Shown: one piece after another, positions 28,093-36,580 of the stretch | How positions within the stretch are numbered: position 1 is the first letter of the stretch | Layout: every line of letters starts with the position of its first letter | Source: Candidatus Latescibacterota bacterium | GTDB taxonomy: Bacteria > Latescibacterota > UBA2968 > UBA8231 | Reading direction: 5' to 3' | DNA length: 64,000 bases | Assembly (NCBI GenBank): GCA_022825835.1 | Contig: JAJDVZ010000156.1 | Location: forward strand, 17,825-81,824 | Made by a program: the position numbers and the translations under genes | The notes under the pieces: model-generated | The model's database searches: none | Told to the model about the DNA's origin: nothing | The model's input: only the letters and a program-made list of their open reading frames with translations

Positions 28093-29079
28093 CTACCGAG
28101 CCAGCGGCAGCGCGACTTTTGCGTTGTTCTGCCGCTGCGATTGCAGGCAGGCGATCATCATCTCCACAACGGTCAGACCATCGCGGCCGGTACACGACAG
28201 CTCACCTTCGCCGTCGAGCGCGCGCACGAGTTCGTGCACACCCGCGGCGATTCCATCGACTTCCCACGGGCGCGGTTCAACCAACTCTCGCTCTCCGTCT
28301 CGCTCGATGTACGCATCGCCTTCCCGCTCGATGAAAATATTCCCCGTGGTGCCCGATATGGTGAAGTCGAGTCGGTTGGGGGCTTGCTTTTCTCCGAGAT
28401 AGACCCCGCGCACGCCGTTGGCAAAGTGGATGTAGGCGTTGGCGCTCGGCTCGGTGGCGGGGTCGTGCCCGCCGTCGCCGCGATACTCGCTGTAGTCCTC
28501 GTACCCGTCCTCTAGCTCGGCGACGAGCCACGCTGGGTTGCTGCCAGCGTACCACATGATGGCGTCGAGCAGGTGGGTGCCGTTGCGGAACAGCATTGAG
28601 CGCGTGCCGTAGTGTTCGCACAAGACCGCTCTCACGTCGCCAATCTCGCCCTCGGTCACTAGCTCGTGGCAGCGATGCCAGACGGGCATCCAGTGGCGAG
28701 TGTGGTCGACGGACAGCAGGGTGTTGTGGCTTTCTGCGGCCGCCACCATGCGGTCGGCGTCCTCCACGCTGGTGGCCAGCGGTTTTTCGCAGAAAATCCC
28801 CTTGGCACCGGCGTCGGCTGCGGCCACCACTAGGTCGGCGTGTCGGTTGTCGCCGGTGGCTACCGTGACGATGTCGAGCTGTGCCTTTTCCAGCATCTCT
28901 CGGTAATCGGCGTACATCTCTAGCCCGGGATTGGTCGCCTTGAACTGCGCGGCAAATTCGTCGCGTTGCTCTGGCACGAGGTCGCAACCGGCCACGACCT
29001 CGGCGTTTGCTAGGCTCTCGGCCCCTTGGGCGTGCCGATTGCCAATGCCTCTACAGCCGATGACTCCTACTCTGTACAT
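28093..29079 (-). CDS. Gfo/Idh/MocA family oxidoreductase
   Basis: MYRVGVIGCRGIGNRH Rossmann N-terminus and the EKP motif (IFCEKPLA). Start set at 29079 behind AAGGAGGCA. Confidence 0.85.
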   Translation of the reverse strand: MYRVGVIGCRGIGNRHAQGAESLANAEVVAGCDLVPEQRDEFAAQFKATNPGLEMYADYREMLEKAQLDIVTVATGDNRHADLVVAAADAGAKGIFCEKPLATSVEDADRMVAAAESHNTLLSVDHTRHWMPVWHRCHELVTEGEIGDVRAVLCEHYGTRSMLFRNGTHLLDAIMWYAGSNPAWLVAELEDGYEDYSEYRGDGGHDPATEPSANAYIHFANGVRGVYLGEKQAPNRLDFTISGTTGNIFIEREGDAYIERDGERELVEPRPWEVDGIAAGVHELVRALDGEGELSCTGRDGLTVVEMMIACLQSQRQNNAKVALPLAR

Positions 29080-29099
29080 GATGCCTCCTTTGAGCAATT

Positions 29100-29172
29100 G
29101 GGAATTAGGAATTAAGAATTAAAAATTATCTCTTCGCAATTCCTAATTTTTAATTTTTAATTTTTAATTCTA
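29100..29172. repeat. AT-rich composite inverted/tandem repeat
   Basis: AGAATTAAAAATTA (29115-29128) pairs with TAATTTTTAATTCT (29157-29170). Three tandem AATTTTT units. AATTAGGAATT has its complement AATTCCTAATT. Confidence 0.6.
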
Positions 29173-29874
29173 AGATCGCACCGCGTAGAGTCTGTTTACT
29201 GCCGCTAGGGACACCAGCTTGGAATAGTGATACACCTGCTCGTCGCCTACGCGGGTCGGCGCTTCGAGGACGAAGTCGGCAAAGTGCGGTGCGTTGAAGA
29301 CCACAAAGGCTAGGGATAGAGAATCGACGTGGCGGGCGTGGCGCTGGCTCAGGTCGGGGAAGGCCACCGGGCCGGTGTCCACTTGGTAGATATCGTTGGC
29401 GCGATTGGTGTTCATGGTTTTGACCGGGCACTCCATGATCGCCTGTAACCCGGTGTCCTCGTTCTGCACTTGGGTCTGCGCGACGATTGGCACTAAGTCG
29501 TAGGTTGCTTCGCGCACTGCCGCATCGCTGGTCAGTTCCTCCACATCGCTTCCGACAATCAAATGATACTGCTGTCCGTTCCACCACTCCGCTGAGCGGC
29601 GGATTTCTCGATAGCTGTCGCGTAGGTTGGCATGACGCCGATAGACGACCGACCACTCCGGGCCAAAGACGGGCAGGAAGTCGTAGTTGTCCTCGTGCAG
29701 GAGATTGTCTTTGGCAAAGGTGTGCTCGCTCTTGCACGACCCCACCTGCACGTAGTCCTCGCTCTGGCCGGAGGTTTGGTCGATAATGCGCGTCCGCGAC
29801 TCGACCCAAAACCGCACTTCGTTTTCCGGGGCATTGCCGATTAGAAATGATCGCCCGTAGTCTAGTGGTGTCAC
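29170..29874 (-). CDS. Hypothetical protein (234 aa), no family recognised
   Basis: GTG start 7 nt after AAGGAGG. Non-repetitive composition typical of a real protein. Co-oriented with the downstream oxidoreductase. Confidence 0.6.
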   Translation of the reverse strand: MTPLDYGRSFLIGNAPENEVRFWVESRTRIIDQTSGQSEDYVQVGSCKSEHTFAKDNLLHEDNYDFLPVFGPEWSVVYRRHANLRDSYREIRRSAEWWNGQQYHLIVGSDVEELTSDAAVREATYDLVPIVAQTQVQNEDTGLQAIMECPVKTMNTNRANDIYQVDTGPVAFPDLSQRHARHVDSLSLAFVVFNAPHFADFVLEAPTRVGDEQVYHYSKLVSLAAVNRLYAVRS

Positions 29875-30027
29875 AATAGCGCCTCCTTTGGAAGCTGTCT
29901 GAAAGTCCCCGGTGGCAAAAGTATCCGCAGATAACGCAGATGAGCGCAGAAGCTCTACGGTGGAAGGTTGGGACGCGAGAAAAATAAGGCTACATTAAAG
30001 CGGCTCCAAACAAGAGAAACGATTCCC

Positions 30028-30813
30028 ATGACCTTAAAAATCACCGACGACGTATTCTTAGATCAGGACGGTCGCCCGCGGCGGATACGCGGCGTCACTG
30101 TCAACAGCGCCTCGCCCCTGCTCGTCTCGCTGGCGGCGCAGGTTGGTTTTGAAGCGGTGTGGATCGAAAGCGAGCACGGTCCGGTCGGCTTTGAACGGGC
30201 TGAGACCTTGTGCTTGGCCGCGGAGGCCGGCGGCATTTTTCCGCTGATTCGCCTGCCCGATGGCGAGCGCCACCACGTGCTGCGAGCACTCGAAATCGGG
30301 GCGCGAATCATTCTCGTCCCGATGGTAGATGATGCGGAGTATGCGCGCCGCATCGTCGAGGTGGGCAAGTACCCGCCGTTGGGCCGACGCGGCTTTAATG
30401 TGCGCACGCGCGGCATGGGCTTTGGCATGGAGAACCTGCCCGACGTCCTAGCCCGCGCCAATGCGCGCACCCACCTCTTTGTCCAGATTGAGACCGTGGA
30501 GGCCGTGGCGAATGTCGATGAGATACTCGCCGTGGAGGGCCTCGCTGGGATCTTCATGGGGCCGGGGGACCTAGCGGTCGATATGGGCTGCACCGGCCAG
30601 ATGGGCGATCCTCGTCTGCGCGAGGCCGTGCTCTCGTGTTTAGCCAAGGCGCGGGCCGTCGGCAAGCTGAGCGGCATCTTCACCTTGCCCGGGCCACTGC
30701 TTACGGCCGCGATGGATGCGGGCTGCGACTTGGTAATCTGCGGCGGGGACGTGATGAATCTGGGCGCGGCTTGGAGCGAATTGCTGTGCCAGATCCCGGC
30801 CGAGCGCGGGTGA
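30028..30813 (+). CDS. HpcH/HpaI family (class II) aldolase
   Basis: GFEAVWIESEHGP...IRLP...LEIGARIILVPMV...YPPLGRRG...VQIETVEA...IFMGPGDL is the typical HpcH/HpaI motif series. Start set at the ATG at 30028. Confidence 0.85.
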   Translation: MTLKITDDVFLDQDGRPRRIRGVTVNSASPLLVSLAAQVGFEAVWIESEHGPVGFERAETLCLAAEAGGIFPLIRLPDGERHHVLRALEIGARIILVPMVDDAEYARRIVEVGKYPPLGRRGFNVRTRGMGFGMENLPDVLARANARTHLFVQIETVEAVANVDEILAVEGLAGIFMGPGDLAVDMGCTGQMGDPRLREAVLSCLAKARAVGKLSGIFTLPGPLLTAAMDAGCDLVICGGDVMNLGAAWSELLCQIPAERG

Positions 30814-30848
30814 GGTCTGGTCCCTTCGACAAGCTCAGGGATCAGACC
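30814..30848. terminator. Hairpin between convergent genes (GGTCTGGTCCC-N13-GGGATCAGACC)
   Basis: 10 of 11 arm positions pair. Lies directly after the TGA at 30811-30813. No clear U-tract, so it may be REP-like rather than a canonical terminator. Confidence 0.5.
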
Positions 30849-30878
30849 CGGTCGAGCGCAGGTGAGGGCGCGGCGCGG

Positions 30879-31610
30879 TCAATCGGAGCGCACCGGCACT
30901 CCTTCCAACAATCCGCTCTGGTGCATATCGACCCACTCGTCCATAAAGGTCTTGTTCCACTGCGCGGTTAGCGGGTGATCCATCATGTCGCGGTACACCG
31001 TCCACATGGTGACGAGTTCGTCGGCCCCGTCGCGGAAGGCGGCGTGCGCGGTTTCTACCGAGCGGATGAGGGCGGCCATAATGAAGGGACGCTGGCCCCA
31101 GCCGCTGAACACTTGGGCACACTCGCGGATCAGCTTGGTCGGCTCGCCGCCTACTTCCTTGACCGGCTCGCAAAAAGGCAGGATGTGGTTAGCCCCGGCT
31201 TGGGCGACGGCTACAGCTTGCGTCAGCGAGAACACCGTGGTGCAGAAGGTCTCGACGCCTTGATCCTTGAGGATGCTAAATGCCTTGAGTCCGTTGACGT
31301 TGCAGGGGATCTTGAGGATGATCTGCTCCGACATGTTGGTAAAAACTTGCCCGACTTCTAATAGCTCTTCAACGGAATGGCCGTCGATTTCCATCACCAC
31401 GGGCTTGTCGGTGAGCTTGAGATATTCCTCTATCAGGCTGATGACCGAGCCGTATTGTTTGGCGTATTGGTTGAGCACTACCGTATTGGTGACGATTCCG
31501 GCGATTCCGAGGGGCATCCACTCCTTGAGCTCGTCGGGCGAGCCAGCCAGCCAGATGGTGGGGCCGCGGCCTTGGGCGCGGGCGGTGGGAACGGGTCCAT
31601 TTGCTGCCAT
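30879..31610 (-). CDS. Transaldolase-family protein (Fsa/TalC-type, short form)
   Basis: Start moved to 31610 (SD AGGAGA). GIVTNTVV (cf. GVTTNPS). ILKIP contains the Schiff-base Lys context. TTVFSLTQAVAVAQAGANHILPF. Confidence 0.8.
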   Translation of the reverse strand: MAANGPVPTARAQGRGPTIWLAGSPDELKEWMPLGIAGIVTNTVVLNQYAKQYGSVISLIEEYLKLTDKPVVMEIDGHSVEELLEVGQVFTNMSEQIILKIPCNVNGLKAFSILKDQGVETFCTTVFSLTQAVAVAQAGANHILPFCEPVKEVGGEPTKLIRECAQVFSGWGQRPFIMAALIRSVETAHAAFRDGADELVTMWTVYRDMMDHPLTAQWNKTFMDEWVDMHQSGLLEGVPVRSD

Positions 31611-31706
31611 GACAGGTCTCCTGTGGTTTTGCAATGGGCGTTGATAGGTGGGCCAATATAGAAAAAACGCCCTGCAAAAGCGAGTAGGTAGAAGAGAGGA
31701 GAGTCC

Positions 31707-32870
31707 GTGAAAACCAATCAGACCAAGGCCGCCCTGCTCGGGGGAGCGACCGTAGAAATAGTCGAAGTCAACCGGATCTTTGACCCGGTCGTAGTTGAGC
31801 TCGCGGCGCAAGCGGGCTTTGGCTGCGTCTGGATCGACATGGAGCATTCCCATCTCGGGCTCGACGGGCTGTCGCAGTTGATTTTGGCGGCGCGGGCCAC
31901 GGGGGTCGATACAGTGGTCCGCATCCCCAAGGGGCCGTACAATCAGGTGATTAAGCCGCTGGAGTTAGGGGCGGGAGGATTGGTTTGGCCCCATTGCAAG
32001 AGCGCCGACGAAGCGCGGGCCTTCGTGCAGATGGCCAAGTTCCGGCCGCTGGGCTTGCGCGGCTTGGGCTGTGGCCGGGATTCGGACTACGGGACGTTGG
32101 ACTTCGCCGAGTACATGGGCCGGGCCGATGCCGAGACTATACTGGGCGTGATGATCGAAGACGCCGAGGGCGTGGAGGAAGTGGAAGCGATTGCCGCTAT
32201 CGAAGGGATCGACTTGCTCTTTGTGGGGCCGAGCGACTTGGCGCACAGCTACGGCGTCGAGCGAGAGGGAATCCCCCACATAGACCACGACCGCGTGCTG
32301 GCGGCCTTTGACCGCGTGGGGGCCGCTTGCGCGGCCAACGGCAAGGCTATGGGCACGGCCGTCGGCCCGGGCGACTCCATGCGCCGCGTGGTCGCTAAAG
32401 GCACGCGCTGGCTCAATTGCTGCCACGATATGTCAGCCCTCACCAGTGGCTTGCGCAGTGCGCGGCAAGCAACCCTTGGGGCGAAGCAACGCACGATCAC
32501 CCAGCAGTTGTTGGACTTGTATCACCGGGGAGAGTTGGACCTCGGCGACGTATCCGGCACGGCCAAGCGGCACGACTTTAGCCGCAGCATGGTCAATCAC
32601 TTGGCCAACTTTGTCATTCAAAAGGCAAAGTGCGTCGAAGCCTTGCCCGAAATGACTCGGTTCGTCGAGCGCATGGAGCAAGCCCTCGTGGATGGGCGGC
32701 GGGGCTTGGCGTTGACCGATGCCTATTACGTCTGTCTATCGGTGCAAAATTTGCCCCAAGAGCGTTGGCTAGCAGTGCTGCAAGCGACCTTCGACCGCTG
32801 GGAGGATGCCGCCACAGGTTCCTTTAAGACGTTCTTTGACGAGGTTGAAGAACGGTTGCAGGCCGAGTAG
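31707..32870 (+). CDS. HpcH/HpaI-family aldolase with ~130-aa C-terminal extension
   Basis: GTG start after AGAGGAGAG. GFGCVWIDMEHSH...VRIP...LELGAGGLVWPH...FRPLGLRG...VMIEDAEG...LFVGPSDL. The residues after about 255 form a helical region of unknown family. Confidence 0.8.
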   Translation: MKTNQTKAALLGGATVEIVEVNRIFDPVVVELAAQAGFGCVWIDMEHSHLGLDGLSQLILAARATGVDTVVRIPKGPYNQVIKPLELGAGGLVWPHCKSADEARAFVQMAKFRPLGLRGLGCGRDSDYGTLDFAEYMGRADAETILGVMIEDAEGVEEVEAIAAIEGIDLLFVGPSDLAHSYGVEREGIPHIDHDRVLAAFDRVGAACAANGKAMGTAVGPGDSMRRVVAKGTRWLNCCHDMSALTSGLRSARQATLGAKQRTITQQLLDLYHRGELDLGDVSGTAKRHDFSRSMVNHLANFVIQKAKCVEALPEMTRFVERMEQALVDGRRGLALTDAYYVCLSVQNLPQERWLAVLQATFDRWEDAATGSFKTFFDEVEERLQAE

Positions 32871-32963
32871 GGATAGCTCTGGCCCCGCGTCAGATCGCGA
32901 CTCCGCCGCAGACGGAAATGCACAACCGGTCACTAGCGCGACCTTGTCGGTGAGCTTTTTCAT
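32769..32963 (-). pseudogene. Possible remnant of an SDR gene (N-terminal MKKLTDKVALVTG only)
   Basis: An SD AGGAAG plus ATG lies 13 nt after the upstream Gfo stop. The first 13 aa match the SDR Rossmann start, but GxxxGIG does not follow, and the ORF overlaps the 3' end of 31707-32870 in antisense. Confidence 0.3.
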
Positions 32964-32975
32964 CTTGGCTTCCTG

Positions 32976-34280
32976 TTAGCCGATGCCCAGTGCCGCGTCG
33001 ATTTCGGCTTGGTACTCATAGACGGCTCCGCTTTCTACCTCGCTGAGCTGCACCGTCCGCCCCAGCCGACTCGACTCGAAAATCGCGTACACCGCGGCCA
33101 CGTCTTTTAGGCCCTCTATTCCATCCACCTCGATTTTCCGCCCGTTGAGAATGGCCTCGGCTAGTTCAAAGTACTCTAGCGCCAACAGTTTCCAGTCGAT
33201 ATCTGGGTCGGCGACCCGCTCGGGGAAAAAGTGCTCGGCCAATGGCTCTAGGGCGAATGCTTCTGCGTCAGCCACGAGCGCGGCGTGGTCGAGCGTTGTG
33301 CCGTCGGCTCGTTGCAGGCACGCCCTAGCGCCGCGTGTACCAAATCCTTGCATCACGCCCTCGGACCCGAAAATCACCTCGCCGCCGCAAGAGCCGTAGC
33401 CCCCCAAGCCCACCACCCAGTTGACCGCGAGGCCGCTTTCCATCCGAAACATTGCCATAGAGGTGTCTTCGGCCGTGGCTTCGACTTGCTGCTCCATCTC
33501 GGCGAAGCGGGTTTGGTAAAACTCATAGGGCGAGTTGACGGCTTCGGGCTTGTGGCGCACCGGCGAGGCTAATTCGACGGCCCCGTAGGCTTCCTTGATG
33601 TCCCCGAGTTGGTAGCGAATCATGTCGGTGAAATGGACGCCGAGATCCAACAGCAGCCCGCCCCGATCCTTCATGTGCCGCCAAGGCGTGATGAACACCT
33701 CGCGATGCGGGGCTAGCGAGTGGAAGATCGCCATGTAGGGGCGGCCAATGGCCCCCTGCTCCAGCAGGTGATGCACCAGCCGCGACGAGGGATCGCGGCG
33801 GTAATTTTCCGCCACCGACAGGATGCGCTGGTTGCGCTCGGCGGCCTCGATCATCTGCTGGCAGCCCTTAACGGTAATGGCCATGGGCTTTTCCACCATT
33901 ACGTGCAGCCCCAGATCGAGCGCTTGGCAGACCACGGCGTGATGCACCGACGGGTCCACCACGACATCCACGGCCATGAGGTCGGGGACCTCGCGGTGCA
34001 TGGTTTCGAGGTCGGTGAACACCGCGGGCCGCTGGCCCACGAGTTTTTCGGCTTCTGTGGCCGCTAGCTCGGCGTTGTCGCGCCGGATGTCGCATACGGC
34101 GACTAGGTCCACATTGTCAAACGGGGTTTTGGCGAGTGTTGCTAAGCCGTATAGGTGCCGCGTTCCCATGCCCCCGCAGCCTACTAATGCCAGTCTGATT
34201 TTGTCCAAAGTCGCCTCTCTTTCTGTGGGGAGTACAACGAATGAAATGCCCGAGGGCGTTGAAATCGAGCGTCCTTGCAT
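32976..34280 (-). CDS. Gfo/Idh/MocA family oxidoreductase (long form)
   Basis: IRLALVGCGGMGTRH Rossmann motif and the MVEKPMA motif. 434 aa. Confidence 0.85.
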   Translation of the reverse strand: MQGRSISTPSGISFVVLPTEREATLDKIRLALVGCGGMGTRHLYGLATLAKTPFDNVDLVAVCDIRRDNAELAATEAEKLVGQRPAVFTDLETMHREVPDLMAVDVVVDPSVHHAVVCQALDLGLHVMVEKPMAITVKGCQQMIEAAERNQRILSVAENYRRDPSSRLVHHLLEQGAIGRPYMAIFHSLAPHREVFITPWRHMKDRGGLLLDLGVHFTDMIRYQLGDIKEAYGAVELASPVRHKPEAVNSPYEFYQTRFAEMEQQVEATAEDTSMAMFRMESGLAVNWVVGLGGYGSCGGEVIFGSEGVMQGFGTRGARACLQRADGTTLDHAALVADAEAFALEPLAEHFFPERVADPDIDWKLLALEYFELAEAILNGRKIEVDGIEGLKDVAAVYAIFESSRLGRTVQLSEVESGAVYEYQAEIDAALGIG

Positions 34281-34295
34281 GGACGACCGGGAGGG

Positions 34296-34638
34296 TCACT
34301 TGGCCCACAACGTCAAGCGTAGCTCATCGCCGAACAGCTCGTACTTTGGGCGTCGGCCCGCGTGTGCTTCGCCATCCTCTAGAATCTTCCGCACGCCTTC
34401 GCCGCGCGATTCGAGGAATACCTGTCCGGTGCACTTGCTGCGAATCCTCGATAGGAAGCTGACCAAGAGCTGATTGCGGGTGAACGTGCGGTAGGCCATA
34501 TCGGCGATCGTGATGGTGTTGGGCAATTTGCCGGGGCTGTACAATTCCAGTCCCGAAGCGCACTTCTTTGAACTCGGCGCGGCCGTCTTCGCCAGCGCGG
34601 AGTTGGTGCAGTATCTGATCCGTAGTATCGAACATCAA
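34296..34638 (-). pseudogene. Degraded AlbA_2 / HATPase_c_4-type putative regulator (frameshifted, internally deleted)
   Basis: One frame gives an N-terminal-like ILHQLRAGEDGRAEFKEVRF. Another frame gives a C-terminal-like RNQLLVSFLSRI...ESRGEGVRKILED...RPKYELFGDELRLTLW. Together they span only about 340 nt, against more than 1.2 kb for intact genes. Confidence 0.5.
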
Positions 34639-34710
34639 CCTACTCTCTTGGTTGGATGCTGATCGGGGTGCTGGGCGGCTTCTCCATCCCCCAAGTGGAG
34701 TAGCCGATTT

Positions 34711-35643
34711 TCACGCGTGCTCCTCGCGGGTGGCGCGGACCTCGTCGATGGCCTTGCAATGCCGCAGCCCCACGGACTTGGCTGGCGTTTGATAGCCCTT
34801 CCAGGCGTAGGGGTCGGTGCCGGCCACGGGCACGATGTTGCGCCGGTCAGCGCGGGCGGGCGACTCGCCTTCTTCAATGCTCCAAGGCAACAGGCTCCAG
34901 GCGTTGCAGTAGTGGTTGACTAAGACGCGGCGATAGGTGTCGCCGCGGTTTTTGTACGAGCGGTGGAGGAGATAGCCGTTGAAGAATACGAGGGCACCGG
35001 CCTCCACTTCAACCGGGATCTCGACGCTCTCGTCAAAGCCGTAGCTTTCGGGCGCGAAGTCGAACTCGTCTGGATTTTCGTGGGACCGCTGCGGGTAGAG
35101 GTACCCGGGTCGGTGCGATCCCGGAATGACGTACAGGCAGCCGTTTTCCACGGTGGCGTCGTCCACGGCGATCCACGCGCCGATTAGCGAGCGATCCCGC
35201 GTGGGGATGTAGATCTCGTCTTGGTGCCAAGCCTGCCCTTGGAAGTTGGGCGGCTTGACGAAGTACATGGACTGCATGCACTTGACGCTGCCGTCCCAAA
35301 AGGGCAGGTGCGCGGCGGTGATCTGGCTCAGGATGCCGCAGATTTTGGGGTGGCAGACGTACTTTTCGATGACTGGACTGACGTAGTGCGGCTGGTGGAT
35401 GCAGAGGATGCTCTCCAGCACCGCTTGGTCGCTCATGGTAGGATCGACCGGCTCGATGTTATCGCACTCGTAGCGGCCGCGCGCCACATCTACGAGATCG
35501 CCTTTGAGTTCGTCGAGTTCGGCTTCTTCCATCAGGCCCGGCACGACGAGATAGCCATCGTCGATAAAGGACTGCACTTGGGTGGGGGTGAGCGGCTTGG
35601 GGACTTTAATTGCCGGACTGGGATTCATCTTAATTGCTTCCAT
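34711..35643 (-). CDS. Phytanoyl-CoA dioxygenase (PhyH) family Fe(II)/2-oxoglutarate oxygenase
   Basis: FIDDGYLVVPGL..., WHQDEIY (HxD), VIPGSHR and FFNGYLLHRSYKN motifs. Confidence 0.85.
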   Translation of the reverse strand: MEAIKMNPSPAIKVPKPLTPTQVQSFIDDGYLVVPGLMEEAELDELKGDLVDVARGRYECDNIEPVDPTMSDQAVLESILCIHQPHYVSPVIEKYVCHPKICGILSQITAAHLPFWDGSVKCMQSMYFVKPPNFQGQAWHQDEIYIPTRDRSLIGAWIAVDDATVENGCLYVIPGSHRPGYLYPQRSHENPDEFDFAPESYGFDESVEIPVEVEAGALVFFNGYLLHRSYKNRGDTYRRVLVNHYCNAWSLLPWSIEEGESPARADRRNIVPVAGTDPYAWKGYQTPAKSVGLRHCKAIDEVRATREEHA

Positions 35644-35740
35644 AATTCGATTTGCTCCGTTTAAGTCGTTGGCAATTGGCCGATATTTTGATACCCTTAC
35701 CTCGCTTTGTCAAACAAATATAGAGAAAGGAGCGCGTATC

Positions 35741-36580
35741 GTGAATCTGACGTATATCGCATTTACTAAACACTTAGAGGGCCTCGATGTCCCGCAACTC
35801 ATCGACGCCTTGCAGTCCATGGGCGTGCAGGGGGCCGACCTGTGCGTGCGCGACGGCTACCCGGTCAACCCGGACAATGTGGCCACGGCTCTGCCGGAGG
35901 CTGCGCGCCGCTTTGCCGACACCGGTCTTTGCATCCCCTTGGTCACGGCTCCGGGCGACTTCAACCGCCCGGACATCGACTATGCGGAAAGGTATTACGC
36001 GGCCTTGGGCGAGGCTGGCGTGGCTCACGTCAAGTTAGGCTACTGGCACTGGGAGCCGGATACGCCCTACTGGACGCAGTTAGACGAGGTGCGCGGTTTT
36101 ACGCAGGGGTTTCAGGCGCTGTCGGAAAAATACGGCGTCAAGACCGTTATTCACAATCATTCGGGCGCGTCTATGGGCCTCAATGCCTGCGCTGCGATGA
36201 ACATCGTCAAAGACTGCGATCCGCAATACGTGGGTGTCTTTGCCGACCCTGGGCATTTGTCGGTGTGTGGAGAGCCGGTCTCCATGGCCCTCGACATCGT
36301 GCGTTCGCACTTGTGTCTGGTCGCGTTTAAGGATCTGGCCCGCCAGCGGTCTTTGAGTATCACGCAGCAGGGTAATCCCGCTACCGGCGTCGTGCGGATG
36401 GGGCAAGGTTTTGTCGATTGGCCTGCGGTGATTGCGACCTTGAAGCGGTTGGACTTTTCCGGCCCGGTCAGCTTCCACAGCGAGTACAGCGGCGAGCCGG
36501 TGGAATCCGTCATCGACTTGGCGCGGATTGATGTGCGCTTTTTTACGGCTTTGTGCCAGAAAGGGGAAGATCATGCTTAA
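35741..36580 (+). CDS. Xylose isomerase-like TIM-barrel (sugar phosphate isomerase/epimerase) protein
   Basis: GTG start at 35741 after AAAGGAG. IHNHSG..., DPGHL and FHSEY motifs typical of the AP_endonuc_2 fold. The upstream part of the track ORF overlaps the PhyH gene and was discarded. Confidence 0.75.
   Translation: MNLTYIAFTKHLEGLDVPQLIDALQSMGVQGADLCVRDGYPVNPDNVATALPEAARRFADTGLCIPLVTAPGDFNRPDIDYAERYYAALGEAGVAHVKLGYWHWEPDTPYWTQLDEVRGFTQGFQALSEKYGVKTVIHNHSGASMGLNACAAMNIVKDCDPQYVGVFADPGHLSVCGEPVSMALDIVRSHLCLVAFKDLARQRSLSITQQGNPATGVVRMGQGFVDWPAVIATLKRLDFSGPVSFHSEYSGEPVESVIDLARIDVRFFTALCQKGEDHA

Noticed and set aside
28277-28987. 236-aa Arg-rich minus-strand ORF
   Set aside because: It is an alternative frame of the Gfo/Idh/MocA gene at 28093-29079 and has no motifs.
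31611-31853. 81-aa N-terminal extension of the transaldolase-family ORF
   Set aside because: The extension has no family similarity and overlaps the divergent aldolase gene. An AGGAGA SD precedes the ATG at 31610, giving a typical ~240-aa Fsa/TalC-size protein.
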